Positions 37,944-45,714 of a DNA stretch of 64,000 bases are shown piece by piece. The DNA is taken from positions 24,293 through 88,292 of the forward strand of contig JBFWQY010000013.1 of NCBI GenBank assembly GCA_050249195.1, in the 5' to 3' direction. The number at the start of each line of letters is the position of its first letter. Positions within the stretch are counted from its first letter, which is position 1. Both the position numbers and the translations under genes were made by a program. The DNA comes from Bdellovibrionales bacterium. GTDB taxonomy: Bacteria > Bdellovibrionota > Bdellovibrionia > Bdellovibrionales > UBA1609. The notes below the pieces were generated by a model. The model had not been told where the DNA came from. It saw nothing but the letters and a program-made list of their open reading frames with translations, and did not search any database.

Positions 37944-38909
37944 CTATTCCTTCCTTTCTTCAACAATGACGATGAGTTTGTCTTTAAGGGCGGAGAGCTT
38001 TTCGACATCATCTCCAGCCTCTTCAAGACGCTTTTGCGCAGTTTGTTTCGTTTGCTCTTTTTTGATTCGAGTGAGGAGTCCACCAATGGCTTGTTTTAAA
38101 GCCTCTGGACTTTCCGGCTCTCCCTTATCAACAGCTTCTTTGAACGATTCCCAAGCAAGGGGCAGGTGATACGGTAATCCCAGGCGATTCCCTGCATCCC
38201 ACTGCGGACTGTATTCGGTGTAGAGGATCCGCTTCCCCTTGCCTTCGATATGAGCCGACGTAACTTTGCCATTCTTGTCGCGCTCAATAAGCACTTCTCT
38301 TGTTGCAAAGAGAATTGCGTCGGCGTGGTAGCGAACGATGGATGCGACCTTCGGGTGAAGCTGCAGCTTGTACTGCTTGTAAGCACCACCTGCGACAATA
38401 TCCTCTTCGGTTTTCACCTCGCTGTGGCCAACGAGAATGATCTCCATGTTTCGGGAGGAGCGAATGTCTTTTAGCTGGTCAAAGAGGTCATCCCAAATGT
38501 CCTGCGCGTAAGAGTGTCCCTTACCCCAGCCATAGTCTTCGATATGCGTAACGCTTCGGCCTTTCTCGTCTGTCGGCCTTTGAGTCACAATATCGTGCTC
38601 GACATAGGTTGCGAGCTTCTCAAGTCCATCAATCACGAACGACTTGTGATCGTGTTTTCCGTGCCGCACGAATTTCAAATGGGTCAAGAGATCACTGTAT
38701 TTTTCGATGAAGGGAAGCCGCGCTACATTCAAGTGCTTGGTTCCCCGCTCAATATCGGCAAAGATCGGATTGGGGGCCTTAGCCGAAAATGTCGACTTCC
38801 CAATTTTGGGTGTGCCGTGAAGCACGATAATACTCGGCTCCTTAATCACACCTTGTGAGATTTTCAACTCCGGCACTGGGCCGGGAGTTGCGGTCGTTGT
38901 CTCCATCAT
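37944..38909 (-). CDS. Sak4-like (AAA_24) RecA-fold ATPase
   Basis: Walker A IIVLHGTPKIGKSTF, then PIFADIERG and Walker B ILVGHS. This is the typical phage AAA_24 layout. Confidence 0.7.
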   Translation of the reverse strand: MMETTTATPGPVPELKISQGVIKEPSIIVLHGTPKIGKSTFSAKAPNPIFADIERGTKHLNVARLPFIEKYSDLLTHLKFVRHGKHDHKSFVIDGLEKLATYVEHDIVTQRPTDEKGRSVTHIEDYGWGKGHSYAQDIWDDLFDQLKDIRSSRNMEIILVGHSEVKTEEDIVAGGAYKQYKLQLHPKVASIVRYHADAILFATREVLIERDKNGKVTSAHIEGKGKRILYTEYSPQWDAGNRLGLPYHLPLAWESFKEAVDKGEPESPEALKQAIGGLLTRIKKEQTKQTAQKRLEEAGDDVEKLSALKDKLIVIVEERKE

Positions 38910-39817
38910 TTCTTTAACCCTCCTTTAAGAGCATTTTTGATCCAGCGTTGAATGTCCTGTTTGGATCCGATAGCGGTCGGCTTTCGCGTGTAACCGAGAA
39001 GTCCCGGCATAATGAGAAGGTCGCGGTATTTCAGGCGCATGACGAGGTTCGGATCTTTTTTGAATTTTGGAATCAGGCTTTCGAGTTTTTTCCGTCTGAC
39101 TTCTCGTTCAGCGTATTTTTCAGCGTGAGCGGTCATGGGCCGATTGACTGGTTTTTTTGACAGAAAATGATTCCCCTTAAGCGCGGCCTTCTTTGGACCG
39201 CTGAGTGGTTCTTCATCTTCCTCGTCGAAATCATCTTCTTCGGTGTCTTCTTCAAAGTCGGAGCCTTCTTCTTCTGACGAATCATCCTCCTCGGACATCT
39301 CATCTTCCAATTCACGGTCTTCGGATTCCTCGGCATCTTCGTCTGCATCGTCTTCCTCGATTTCGTCTACGTCGTTACCCTCATCCTCGTCGTTGGCTTC
39401 TTCCTCATTTTCTTCCGCAAGCAAATCGTCAGCAGCATCATCCTCTGATTCATCCTCATTAAAATCGTCGAGATCATCGACGGGCTTTGCTTTTTTTGGA
39501 GTTGAATATTCAGGATCGAGATCAGAGAGGTCGCTGGCTTCCATTTCAGGTTCGACAAAATCGAGACTCTTGCCACAGACGGGACAATCTTTAAGTCCCA
39601 AATGAACATTGCTTCCGCAATTTGGGCATCCTCCCCATTGCTCGGACTCATTTCCCATTCGTTGAATCACTTCGGTGACTCGCCCGCGATATTCTGCAAG
39701 TGGAACTGTTCGCTTTGAAACTTCGAGTAGAAAATCCAGAAGACTGAACTTGTCTCCAACGGGAATTGGAACCTTGTGTTTCCTGCAAAAATCTCCGAGC
39801 CCTTTAACTGTGTTCAT
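38906..39817 (-). CDS. Zinc-ribbon protein with an extreme D/E-rich central tract (about 115 aa) and a basic C-terminus
   Basis: CPNCGS...CPVCGK, then DDLDDFNEDESEDDAADDLLAEENEEEANDEDEGNDVDEIEEDDADEDAEESEDRELEDEMSEEDDSSEEEGSDFEEDTEEDDFDEEDEE. GGAGG RBS. First large gene of the early operon. Confidence 0.6.
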   Translation of the reverse strand: MNTVKGLGDFCRKHKVPIPVGDKFSLLDFLLEVSKRTVPLAEYRGRVTEVIQRMGNESEQWGGCPNCGSNVHLGLKDCPVCGKSLDFVEPEMEASDLSDLDPEYSTPKKAKPVDDLDDFNEDESEDDAADDLLAEENEEEANDEDEGNDVDEIEEDDADEDAEESEDRELEDEMSEEDDSSEEEGSDFEEDTEEDDFDEEDEEPLSGPKKAALKGNHFLSKKPVNRPMTAHAEKYAEREVRRKKLESLIPKFKKDPNLVMRLKYRDLLIMPGLLGYTRKPTAIGSKQDIQRWIKNALKGGLKK

Positions 39818-40082
39818 CGTGCGACCTCCTCTAATTTGGTGTGAATTAAAAAATTCCCAGAGCCAAACGATCTAAGAGTTGGGCGTTGGCACTCCACATT
39901 CCTCATGGAGTTCTCTTCAGATCGCTGGCTCTGGGCGGGGATGGAGGGACTGCGGAGCGAGATAATTAAAGACTTAATGCTGGTCTTAGTTTTAGTATTA
40001 AATCCAAGACTAAGATTGTTGTTAACAACAAACGATTTCTTCATTTCCCCTCTCACGATCCTCATCCCCTTCAAGGTTGAGC

Positions 40083-40112
40083 GTTGTAAGTGACACTTAA
40101 AATTTGTGTCAA
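40083..40112 (-). promoter_or_regulatory. Candidate sigma70-type early promoter (TTGACA-N18-TACAAC, minus strand)
   Basis: Read on the minus strand: TTGACA at 40112-40107 and TACAAC at 40088-40083. It points toward the early operon. Confidence 0.3.
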
Positions 40113-40232
40113 ATTACTAATTGCATTTTCTTCAAAAAAAGTGAGTTGCAGCTCCATTTCATGATCGATCTCTCATGCAAATCTCGATTGGTTTAGGTGA
40201 ACAATGGTTTTTCACAACGTAGTTTTCCATTG

Positions 40233-40439
40233 CTAAGACCCGCTGTTTTTTCCGTTTAAGAGATCAAGAAGTGTTAAATCCCCATTCACTAATATCCACG
40301 TTCCCTTCGGACTTAGTGTTTGGTTAACCGCTTGTAGGAGGTGATGAAGTTTGAGGTCCTCATTCAGCGAGAGCCACCCTTCGGGGAGTGCCTCTCGAAT
40401 CAATGCGAATACTTTCTCGACTTCTTCTCTCTCGCTCAT
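40233..40439 (-). CDS. Small phage protein (68 aa)
   Basis: Start chosen at MSEREEVEK (40439) because the ORF-track N-terminal extension (TTG at 40580) has no RBS and contains a promoter-like palindrome. Confidence 0.45.
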   Translation of the reverse strand: MSEREEVEKVFALIREALPEGWLSLNEDLKLHHLLQAVNQTLSPKGTWILVNGDLTLLDLLNGKNSGS

Positions 40440-40460
40440 CTCACTTATTTCCTTATCAAC

Positions 40461-40477
40461 GTGATACATTGTATCAC
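40461..40477 (-). promoter_or_regulatory. 17-bp near-palindrome, copy 1 (minus strand GTGATACAATGTATCAC; extended -10 TGATACAAT)
   Basis: Exact string read from the sequence and cross-checked against overlapping ORF translations. Lies 21 nt upstream of the 40439 start. Confidence 0.6.
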
Positions 40478-40664
40478 CTATAAACAGAAAAGTGAAAAGG
40501 GTAAAATTGAAAAAGCGAAATTTGAAATGTCGCGCCAGCTCCCTGGATGGAGAGCGCACTGCCTGCGAATTTGGCTTCAACTATATATTGGGGTGATAAA
40601 TCTTAGGTGGATTCTTAGTCTTAGTGTTGGGTTTAAGCCTAAAACAAAGACTTTGACAGTCTTA

Positions 40665-40681
40665 GTGTTACATTGTATCAC
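40665..40681. promoter_or_regulatory. 17-bp near-palindrome, copy 2 (minus strand GTGATACAATGTAACAC), overlapping a plus-strand TTGACA-N17-TATCAC promoter
   Basis: TTGACA at 40653-40658 and TATCAC at 40676-40681 (plus strand). The minus-strand TACAAT at 40677-40672 overlaps that -10. Lies 28 nt upstream of the plus-strand ATG at 40710. Confidence 0.55.
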
Positions 40682-40709
40682 TTTTATTAAACCTGCATGG
40701 AGTGAAACG

Positions 40710-41168
40710 ATGGCAAAGCCAAAAAACGAAGATTGGGAATTGGGAGAGCAGTGGGAAAGTTTTCGGGTAAAGGAGAGCGATGACCTGATGGCCCTTTTGA
40801 GTGATGTCGAGGGGAATCGTGGGGAGTTCATCCGTAACGCCCTTTTGAAATTCTATGAAGGGAAACTTCTCATCGATTGTCCAACTTGTGAGGGCGAAGG
40901 TCAGATTTATAGCGGCAGCGGTAAAGGACAGACCCCCTCCAAAAAGAAGGGTAAGGACGGCAAAAGTAAGGTGTTCACCTTTAGATCCGACAGCGGACTC
41001 CGGAAGGATCTCGCAAAGGCCAAAGACAAGGGTGAGACCATTAAGATGTCGCTTGCTGTAGCACTATCAAAGGAGCACGTCTTGGAATGTCCGACTTGCC
41101 GGGGCGTTGGCAAAATTATTGGTGGCCCAAAACTTAGAAAATCAGTGCTGGCTAAGTTTTCGACTTAG
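40710..41168 (+). CDS. RHH-like DNA-binding protein with two DnaJ-type CxxCxGxG zinc-finger motifs (candidate prophage regulator)
   Basis: 152 aa starting at MAKPKNEDWE. RGEFIRNALLKFYEG resembles a CopG/Arc RHH helix. CPTCEGEGQ and CPTCRGVGK are CxxCxGxG repeats. GGAG RBS. Confidence 0.55.
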   Translation: MAKPKNEDWELGEQWESFRVKESDDLMALLSDVEGNRGEFIRNALLKFYEGKLLIDCPTCEGEGQIYSGSGKGQTPSKKKGKDGKSKVFTFRSDSGLRKDLAKAKDKGETIKMSLAVALSKEHVLECPTCRGVGKIIGGPKLRKSVLAKFST

Positions 41169-41220
41169 AAAATTCTAAAAATCTTAAACTATCTGACGGA
41201 CTCTGCCCGCAAAGGACTAA

Positions 41221-42273
41221 ATGGACGAGATTATCATTATTGCGACCTGCCTATTTTTGAATGCTCTTTTTGCGGCCTATGAGATGGCGTTTGTTTCTAT
41301 CCCAAGATCAGAACTTCGAGCATTAGCAAAGGCCGGAAACAAGGATGCCAAAACACTTCTATCGCTGAGAGAAAGCCCAGAAAGAACCCTCTCCGTAATT
41401 CAAATCGGAATCACCCTAGTGGGCGCAGTTGCCGCTGCTATCGGCGGAGCTGGGGCCGGAGAAACCATTGAGCCTTATTTTAGACAAACTTATGGCATGC
41501 CGGAGAGAACTGCCGAAGCTCTGTCGGTTATACTTGTCGTTCTTCCGATCACATATATGAGCGTGGTCGTCGGAGAGCTTGTGCCCAAGACGCTTGCGCT
41601 CAGAAACCCTGCAAAGATAGTCCTGGCAGGCGCAAGGATCCTTTTTTTCGCTGATCGATTTCTCTCGCCAGTGATCACCACCCTAGAGTGGTCTACTAAA
41701 AAGATATTGAAAGTCTTTTTTCGCAAATCGAAGATGGCTCCACCTTCAGAAAATGCACCAATCGAAATTGATAGCTTCTCGCCCGTACATCAAAAATTCA
41801 TGCTTAACATGGCGGGTATTGAGAAGAAAAATACCAGGGACATTCTTCTGCCTTGGCCGCAGGTCATTTCAATTAAAAAATCAGCTACAATAGATGAAGT
41901 CACACAGGCTGTTGTAAGTTCGGGGCATACACGGCTGCCAGTAAAAGATGACGGTCAAGTAGCAGGGGTATTGCACACGAAAGAATTTATTGCGCTCAAA
42001 GAATCCGGTGAAGTTAATTGGCAAAGTATTATTCGTCCCGCTCTGACCGTACAGCCAACGGATTCGGCCTTGGGGGTTATGCGTTTACTCCAAGATAAAA
42101 GATACCACATGGCAATCGTCGCACTGCCATCGGGCGAGAGACTTGGAATTGTAACTTTGGAAGATATTCTCGAAGAAATTGTAGGTGATATTTTTGATGA
42201 AGACGACGACGACCGTGTGCGAAGAGTTTTTGCAGCAAAAATCAAGTCACGAGTCGTCCCGAAAGAGGAGTAA
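41221..42273 (+). CDS. CNNM/DUF21 transmembrane domain plus CBS-pair protein (TlyC/CorB-like), no CorC_HlyC tail
   Basis: 350 aa. The N-terminus IIIIATCLFLNALFAAYEMAFVSIPRSELRAL is typical of DUF21. CBS-like C-terminal half (GHTRLPV...MAIVALPSGERLGIVTLEDILEEIVGDIFDE). Confidence 0.8.
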   Translation: MDEIIIIATCLFLNALFAAYEMAFVSIPRSELRALAKAGNKDAKTLLSLRESPERTLSVIQIGITLVGAVAAAIGGAGAGETIEPYFRQTYGMPERTAEALSVILVVLPITYMSVVVGELVPKTLALRNPAKIVLAGARILFFADRFLSPVITTLEWSTKKILKVFFRKSKMAPPSENAPIEIDSFSPVHQKFMLNMAGIEKKNTRDILLPWPQVISIKKSATIDEVTQAVVSSGHTRLPVKDDGQVAGVLHTKEFIALKESGEVNWQSIIRPALTVQPTDSALGVMRLLQDKRYHMAIVALPSGERLGIVTLEDILEEIVGDIFDEDDDDRVRRVFAAKIKSRVVPKEE

Positions 42274-42274
42274 G

Positions 42275-42292
42275 GAGATTCAGTAGAATCTC
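42275..42292. terminator. Hairpin GAGATTC-AGTA-GAATCTC between convergent genes
   Basis: 7-bp stem with a 4-nt loop, 2 nt after the CNNM stop. No clear U-tract, so the call is weak. Confidence 0.3.
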
Positions 42293-42339
42293 GGATCAAA
42301 AGCAAGAGGGCAGAACTCGCTAGGTTTTAGTTTAAAACC

Positions 42340-42567
42340 TTAATAATTCTTACGAGTGTGACTTGGGCACGAGCATACAGGCTGTGGTGGCAGCGGGATC
42401 TCTTTCATCGGATGGTTTTTTCCGGCACGGCAGAAAGGACATCGATACATTGAACTTGTTCCTTCCGCTTCGTTTTTAACCCAAATTAACCCCTCATTTT
42501 CGCAGTATTTGCAGACAGTTTTTTGTTTATCTTTCATCTTCATCATTTCGATGTATGAGGCAAACAT
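42340..42567 (-). CDS. Zinc-ribbon protein (75 aa)
   Basis: CKYC...CPFC pairs. Confidence 0.45.
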   Translation of the reverse strand: MFASYIEMMKMKDKQKTVCKYCENEGLIWVKNEAEGTSSMYRCPFCRAGKNHPMKEIPLPPQPVCSCPSHTRKNY

Positions 42568-42950
42568 ACCTGTAAAAGTAGTGTCACCACCTTTTGCCGT
42601 CGTTTTTTAATAACAAATTAAGACGGGGCGCGTAGGCCAAGACACTGGCAGGTTGCCTAAAAACCTGCAGTCTAATCAAAATGGCAACTAAATGGCTTCA
42701 GATTAGATGCTGCGACAAAGGAAACTTGCAACGCAGACACCAGTCTTGAGTAGCTAAACAGGAATTTGTTGACTATTTATACTTAAATATTTTTTGTTTA
42801 GCCGATTAAATCCAGTTACTTCATTGAATTTATGGCTTGATGCGGGCGGTTAGGGCAAATCCAGTATCTGAATAGCTATTATATGTTTTGCTGGAAGGCA
42901 AGGCTTTAAAAGGGAAATTATTAACTTATTTAGCAAAGAAAGGAAATGGC

Positions 42951-43268
42951 ATGTCAATCCGCAAACACTTACCGCCTCGTTCTAAAGACGCGTACACGAG
43001 CCTTCAGGTCAAAATGGAGACCTCGGTCGTCGACGAGGTTAAATCTTTTATGAAAATCGATGGGATTTCATGGAACGACCTGCTCACGGCGTGTTTCACG
43101 AAATACCTGGAAGAGTCACGAGTGGTTCACGGCGAGAAAAAGAAAGAACAGGAAGAAGCCGCTAAGAAAAAGATCAACTCAACTCTTCTGGGCATCGTTA
43201 CTATAGTCAGTCTTTGTGAAAGTCCAATACTTCAGATCGTTTTCGATCTTAGCGACTATATTGCGTAA
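42951..43268 (+). CDS. Small protein, RHH-like N-terminus, hydrophobic C-terminus (105 aa)
   Basis: Start refined to MSIRKHLPP, which has an AAAGGAAA RBS. The VDEVKSFMKIDGISWNDLLTACFTKYLEE pattern is RHH-like. Weak call. Confidence 0.35.
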   Translation: MSIRKHLPPRSKDAYTSLQVKMETSVVDEVKSFMKIDGISWNDLLTACFTKYLEESRVVHGEKKKEQEEAAKKKINSTLLGIVTIVSLCESPILQIVFDLSDYIA

Positions 43269-43401
43269 AAAATTGAGACTTAAGAGGTTGGAACAACTTT
43301 ATACTTTTGTCAGAGCACGATGGGCTGAGAACTGTCCGTCACAGTATGCTCAAATTCTAATTAATTTCAATTTAAGTTTCGTTTACTGCTAGTTAAGATT
43401 T

Positions 43402-44082
43402 CTACAAACCATTTTCCGTAAACTCAAAATGCATCGGATCTTTTCTCTTAAAATTCCCGCCCCAATAAAAGCCTTCTGATTCAAAAATCTCGACGATCTC
43501 AGAATTCATGTCTCCATCCGCACCAAGAGGATTTGTTTTAGCGTTATGATCAACTGCAATTCCCCACGAGTGCATAGAGAGCTTTTTTGCTCCCCTCGTG
43601 TAGCGAAGATTATAACACCCATCAAATGAGTAGAGTTTGTCTGACAAGTCGGCATGAACAATGGCCTGATAGATATTCTGGAAAAACTGAATCAAAAGTT
43701 TATTGCACCAGAAACCATGCTTTTCGTCCTTCTGGTAGGTAAAGACGTGGTTAAGTTCCGGTGGGGTTTCGCAGAAGCCGCCATAAGCCTTCCAATATCC
43801 ACTTTCAAGAGGATCTCCGAACAGTTTGTAGAGTTCATCTCGTGACCGAGGAACAACCAGTTCAGGAATGTGCGGATTCGTATTGGGAAAAAGTTTTTCC
43901 CAAGTGACAGGACCGACTACTCCGTCGGCGTTGATCTTGTTTCTGATTTGAAATTCAACGACCGCCAATTTTGTATTGTTACCAAAAATGCCATCTACTT
44001 TACCGATGGGATGTCCCAACTGCTTTAATGTCTGTTGGATCTTTTGAACGTCTTCACTTCGTGAACCTATTTTGAAAATCAT
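43402..44082 (-). CDS. Endolysin: PG_binding_1 domain plus M15-family (VanY/D-Ala-D-Ala carboxypeptidase-like) peptidase
   Basis: GSRSEDVQKIQQTLKQLGHPIGKVDGIFGNNTKLAVVEFQ is the PG-binding repeat. SMHSWGIAVDHN and DPMHFE are the M15 metal ligands. Confidence 0.85.
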   Translation of the reverse strand: MIFKIGSRSEDVQKIQQTLKQLGHPIGKVDGIFGNNTKLAVVEFQIRNKINADGVVGPVTWEKLFPNTNPHIPELVVPRSRDELYKLFGDPLESGYWKAYGGFCETPPELNHVFTYQKDEKHGFWCNKLLIQFFQNIYQAIVHADLSDKLYSFDGCYNLRYTRGAKKLSMHSWGIAVDHNAKTNPLGADGDMNSEIVEIFESEGFYWGGNFKRKDPMHFEFTENGL

Positions 44083-45143
44083 AGATCTACTCCAGTGAAG
44101 GCCGACTCTGGCTCTTCTGAAAAGTGATTAAAAAGTGGTGCATCAGAAATGATTTTTGACCGTGCAAGCTCGACGTATTCAGGATTAAGTTCGACTCCAA
44201 CGAAACTACGATTGTGCTTTAGGGAAACGACTCCGGTGGTGCCGGATCCACAAAAGGGATCAAGTATGGTGCCGCCACTTGGACATCCCGCAAGGATGCA
44301 AGGTTCGATAAGCTTTTCAGGGAAGACAGCAAAATGAGCGTCGCTTGAACAAGCTGTGCTGACGGTCCATACGGATCTTTTATTTCGCCCATCTTCTAAG
44401 TAACTGCCATCATCTTCTCGTCCAGAATGAAGGCGTGTTCCATAGCCTGAATGCTTATTTCGACCACCAAAAACCGCTTTCATGGGGCCATTGGTTTTCC
44501 CCGGCACTCTTGAGCTGCCTTCTTGATGTTCAATATCTTGTGAAAGTCGTTGAACCGTAGACTCGGCGACGGGCTCTTTGATGGCGTCGTTGTCAAAATA
44601 ATATCTGGGCGATTTGCTTAGAAGAAAAAGATATTCGTGCGCCTTCGTGCAGCGATCCTGTACTGATTCGGGCATCGCATTGGACTTGGACCAGATAATG
44701 TCTTGCCTCAAATACCAACCTTGCGCTTGCAGGGCGAAGGCGACACGCCAGGGAATACCGACAAGGTCCTTGGGTTTTAGAATGGAATGAAACTTCAACG
44801 CTCCTTTGAATCCTATTCCAGAAACGGATCCAGCTCCGCGATTGGATTTCTGCTTTCGACTAACTTCTTTGGTATTTCCACGGTTATTGCCACCACCATA
44901 GTATGTGTCGCCAAGATTCAGCCAAAGAGTTCCTTTAGGCTTTAGGATCCTCCGAATTTCCTCAAAAATGACGGATAAATTTTGAACGTACTCTTCTGGA
45001 GTGGACTCTAAACCAAGCTGATCTTCCGCCTTGTAGTCGCGGAGGCCCCAATAGGGAGGAGAAGTTATACAACAATCAATGGATGAATTCGGAAGACTCT
45101 TAAGAATGCCTTGGCATTTGCCACTAAGAATCTTCCATCCCAT
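44079..45143 (-). CDS. DNA methyltransferase, N4/N6 family (beta class), no cognate nuclease seen
   Basis: Motif IV TSPPYWGLRDY is near the N-terminus and motif I ILDPFCGSGTTGVV is near the C-terminus. SPPY favours N4-cytosine but cannot exclude N6-adenine. Confidence 0.85.
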   Translation of the reverse strand: MGWKILSGKCQGILKSLPNSSIDCCITSPPYWGLRDYKAEDQLGLESTPEEYVQNLSVIFEEIRRILKPKGTLWLNLGDTYYGGGNNRGNTKEVSRKQKSNRGAGSVSGIGFKGALKFHSILKPKDLVGIPWRVAFALQAQGWYLRQDIIWSKSNAMPESVQDRCTKAHEYLFLLSKSPRYYFDNDAIKEPVAESTVQRLSQDIEHQEGSSRVPGKTNGPMKAVFGGRNKHSGYGTRLHSGREDDGSYLEDGRNKRSVWTVSTACSSDAHFAVFPEKLIEPCILAGCPSGGTILDPFCGSGTTGVVSLKHNRSFVGVELNPEYVELARSKIISDAPLFNHFSEEPESAFTGVDL

Positions 45144-45386
45144 TTACTTTTCAAATTCGGCAACCAATGCGGCCACAGCATTGAGTTTGGCTTTGATGTC
45201 ATTAAGAAGCGTGAGAGCGGTCGGCAAGTCAGTGGCGTCAGGTTCTGTTACCTCAAGCCCAGCTTTGATGGCATCAAGCTCTGTTCGAACGGCCTCGAAC
45301 AATTCCTTATCGGATGCTTGGTTACTGTTTGAATGACCTTCGGTTAAGCCCACGCCATCGCGTGAGCCAATTTTTGGTTTTCCCAT
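45144..45386 (-). CDS. Phage hypothetical protein (80 aa)
   Basis: ORF abutting the MTase start. Confidence 0.45.
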   Translation of the reverse strand: MGKPKIGSRDGVGLTEGHSNSNQASDKELFEAVRTELDAIKAGLEVTEPDATDLPTALTLLNDIKAKLNAVAALVAEFEK

Positions 45387-45398
45387 AGAGAAATCTCC

Positions 45399-45695
45399 TT
45401 ATTCGTTGAGGGACTCTTCGGCGTAGTAGTGAAGCTCCTTGCCGTTCACAGCCAACGCCGCCTTTACGGTAAAGCCTTCACTATCCAGTTCGACATACGG
45501 GTTCACCGTGCCGTCGCCATTTGCAGCTCTCACGAGTGCATCATTGGCTGGCATAGTGTCCAATTTGACTGCTGAAATTCGGTCGGTGACGTTGTGGATT
45601 TCAACCTTGCGAGGCTTGAAACCCAGAACAATTTTTTTATCGGCACCGCCACCGATAATTTTTCCAGATTTTGAAAAGGGTGCTTTGCTCGACAT
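45399..45695 (-). CDS. Phage hypothetical protein (98 aa)
   Basis: ORF with a GGAGA RBS. Confidence 0.5.
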   Translation of the reverse strand: MSSKAPFSKSGKIIGGGADKKIVLGFKPRKVEIHNVTDRISAVKLDTMPANDALVRAANGDGTVNPYVELDSEGFTVKAALAVNGKELHYYAEESLNE

Positions 45696-45714
45696 GGTTT
45701 TTCTCCTTGTGATC

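Noticed and set aside
39205-39605. Plus-strand ORFs of 85 and 120 aa, Ser/Leu/Pro-rich.
   Set aside because: They are antisense to the GA-rich codons of the poly-acidic tract and are low-complexity mirror ORFs with no RBS.
39814-40074. 86-aa ORF (or 76 aa from MKKSFVV) in the leader of the early operon.
   Set aside because: The sequence is low-complexity, overlaps the TCTTAGT/ACTAAGA inverted repeat and overlaps the next gene's RBS and start. It is kept only as a possibility and is not listed as a feature.
40440-40580. The N-terminal extension of ORF 40233-40580 (TTG start, hydrophobic FFNFTLFTFLFIG segment) would give a 115-aa protein.
   Set aside because: There is no Shine-Dalgarno sequence before the TTG. 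The extension contains palindrome/promoter copy 1, whose predicted transcript would start downstream of it. The MSEREE start has an RBS.
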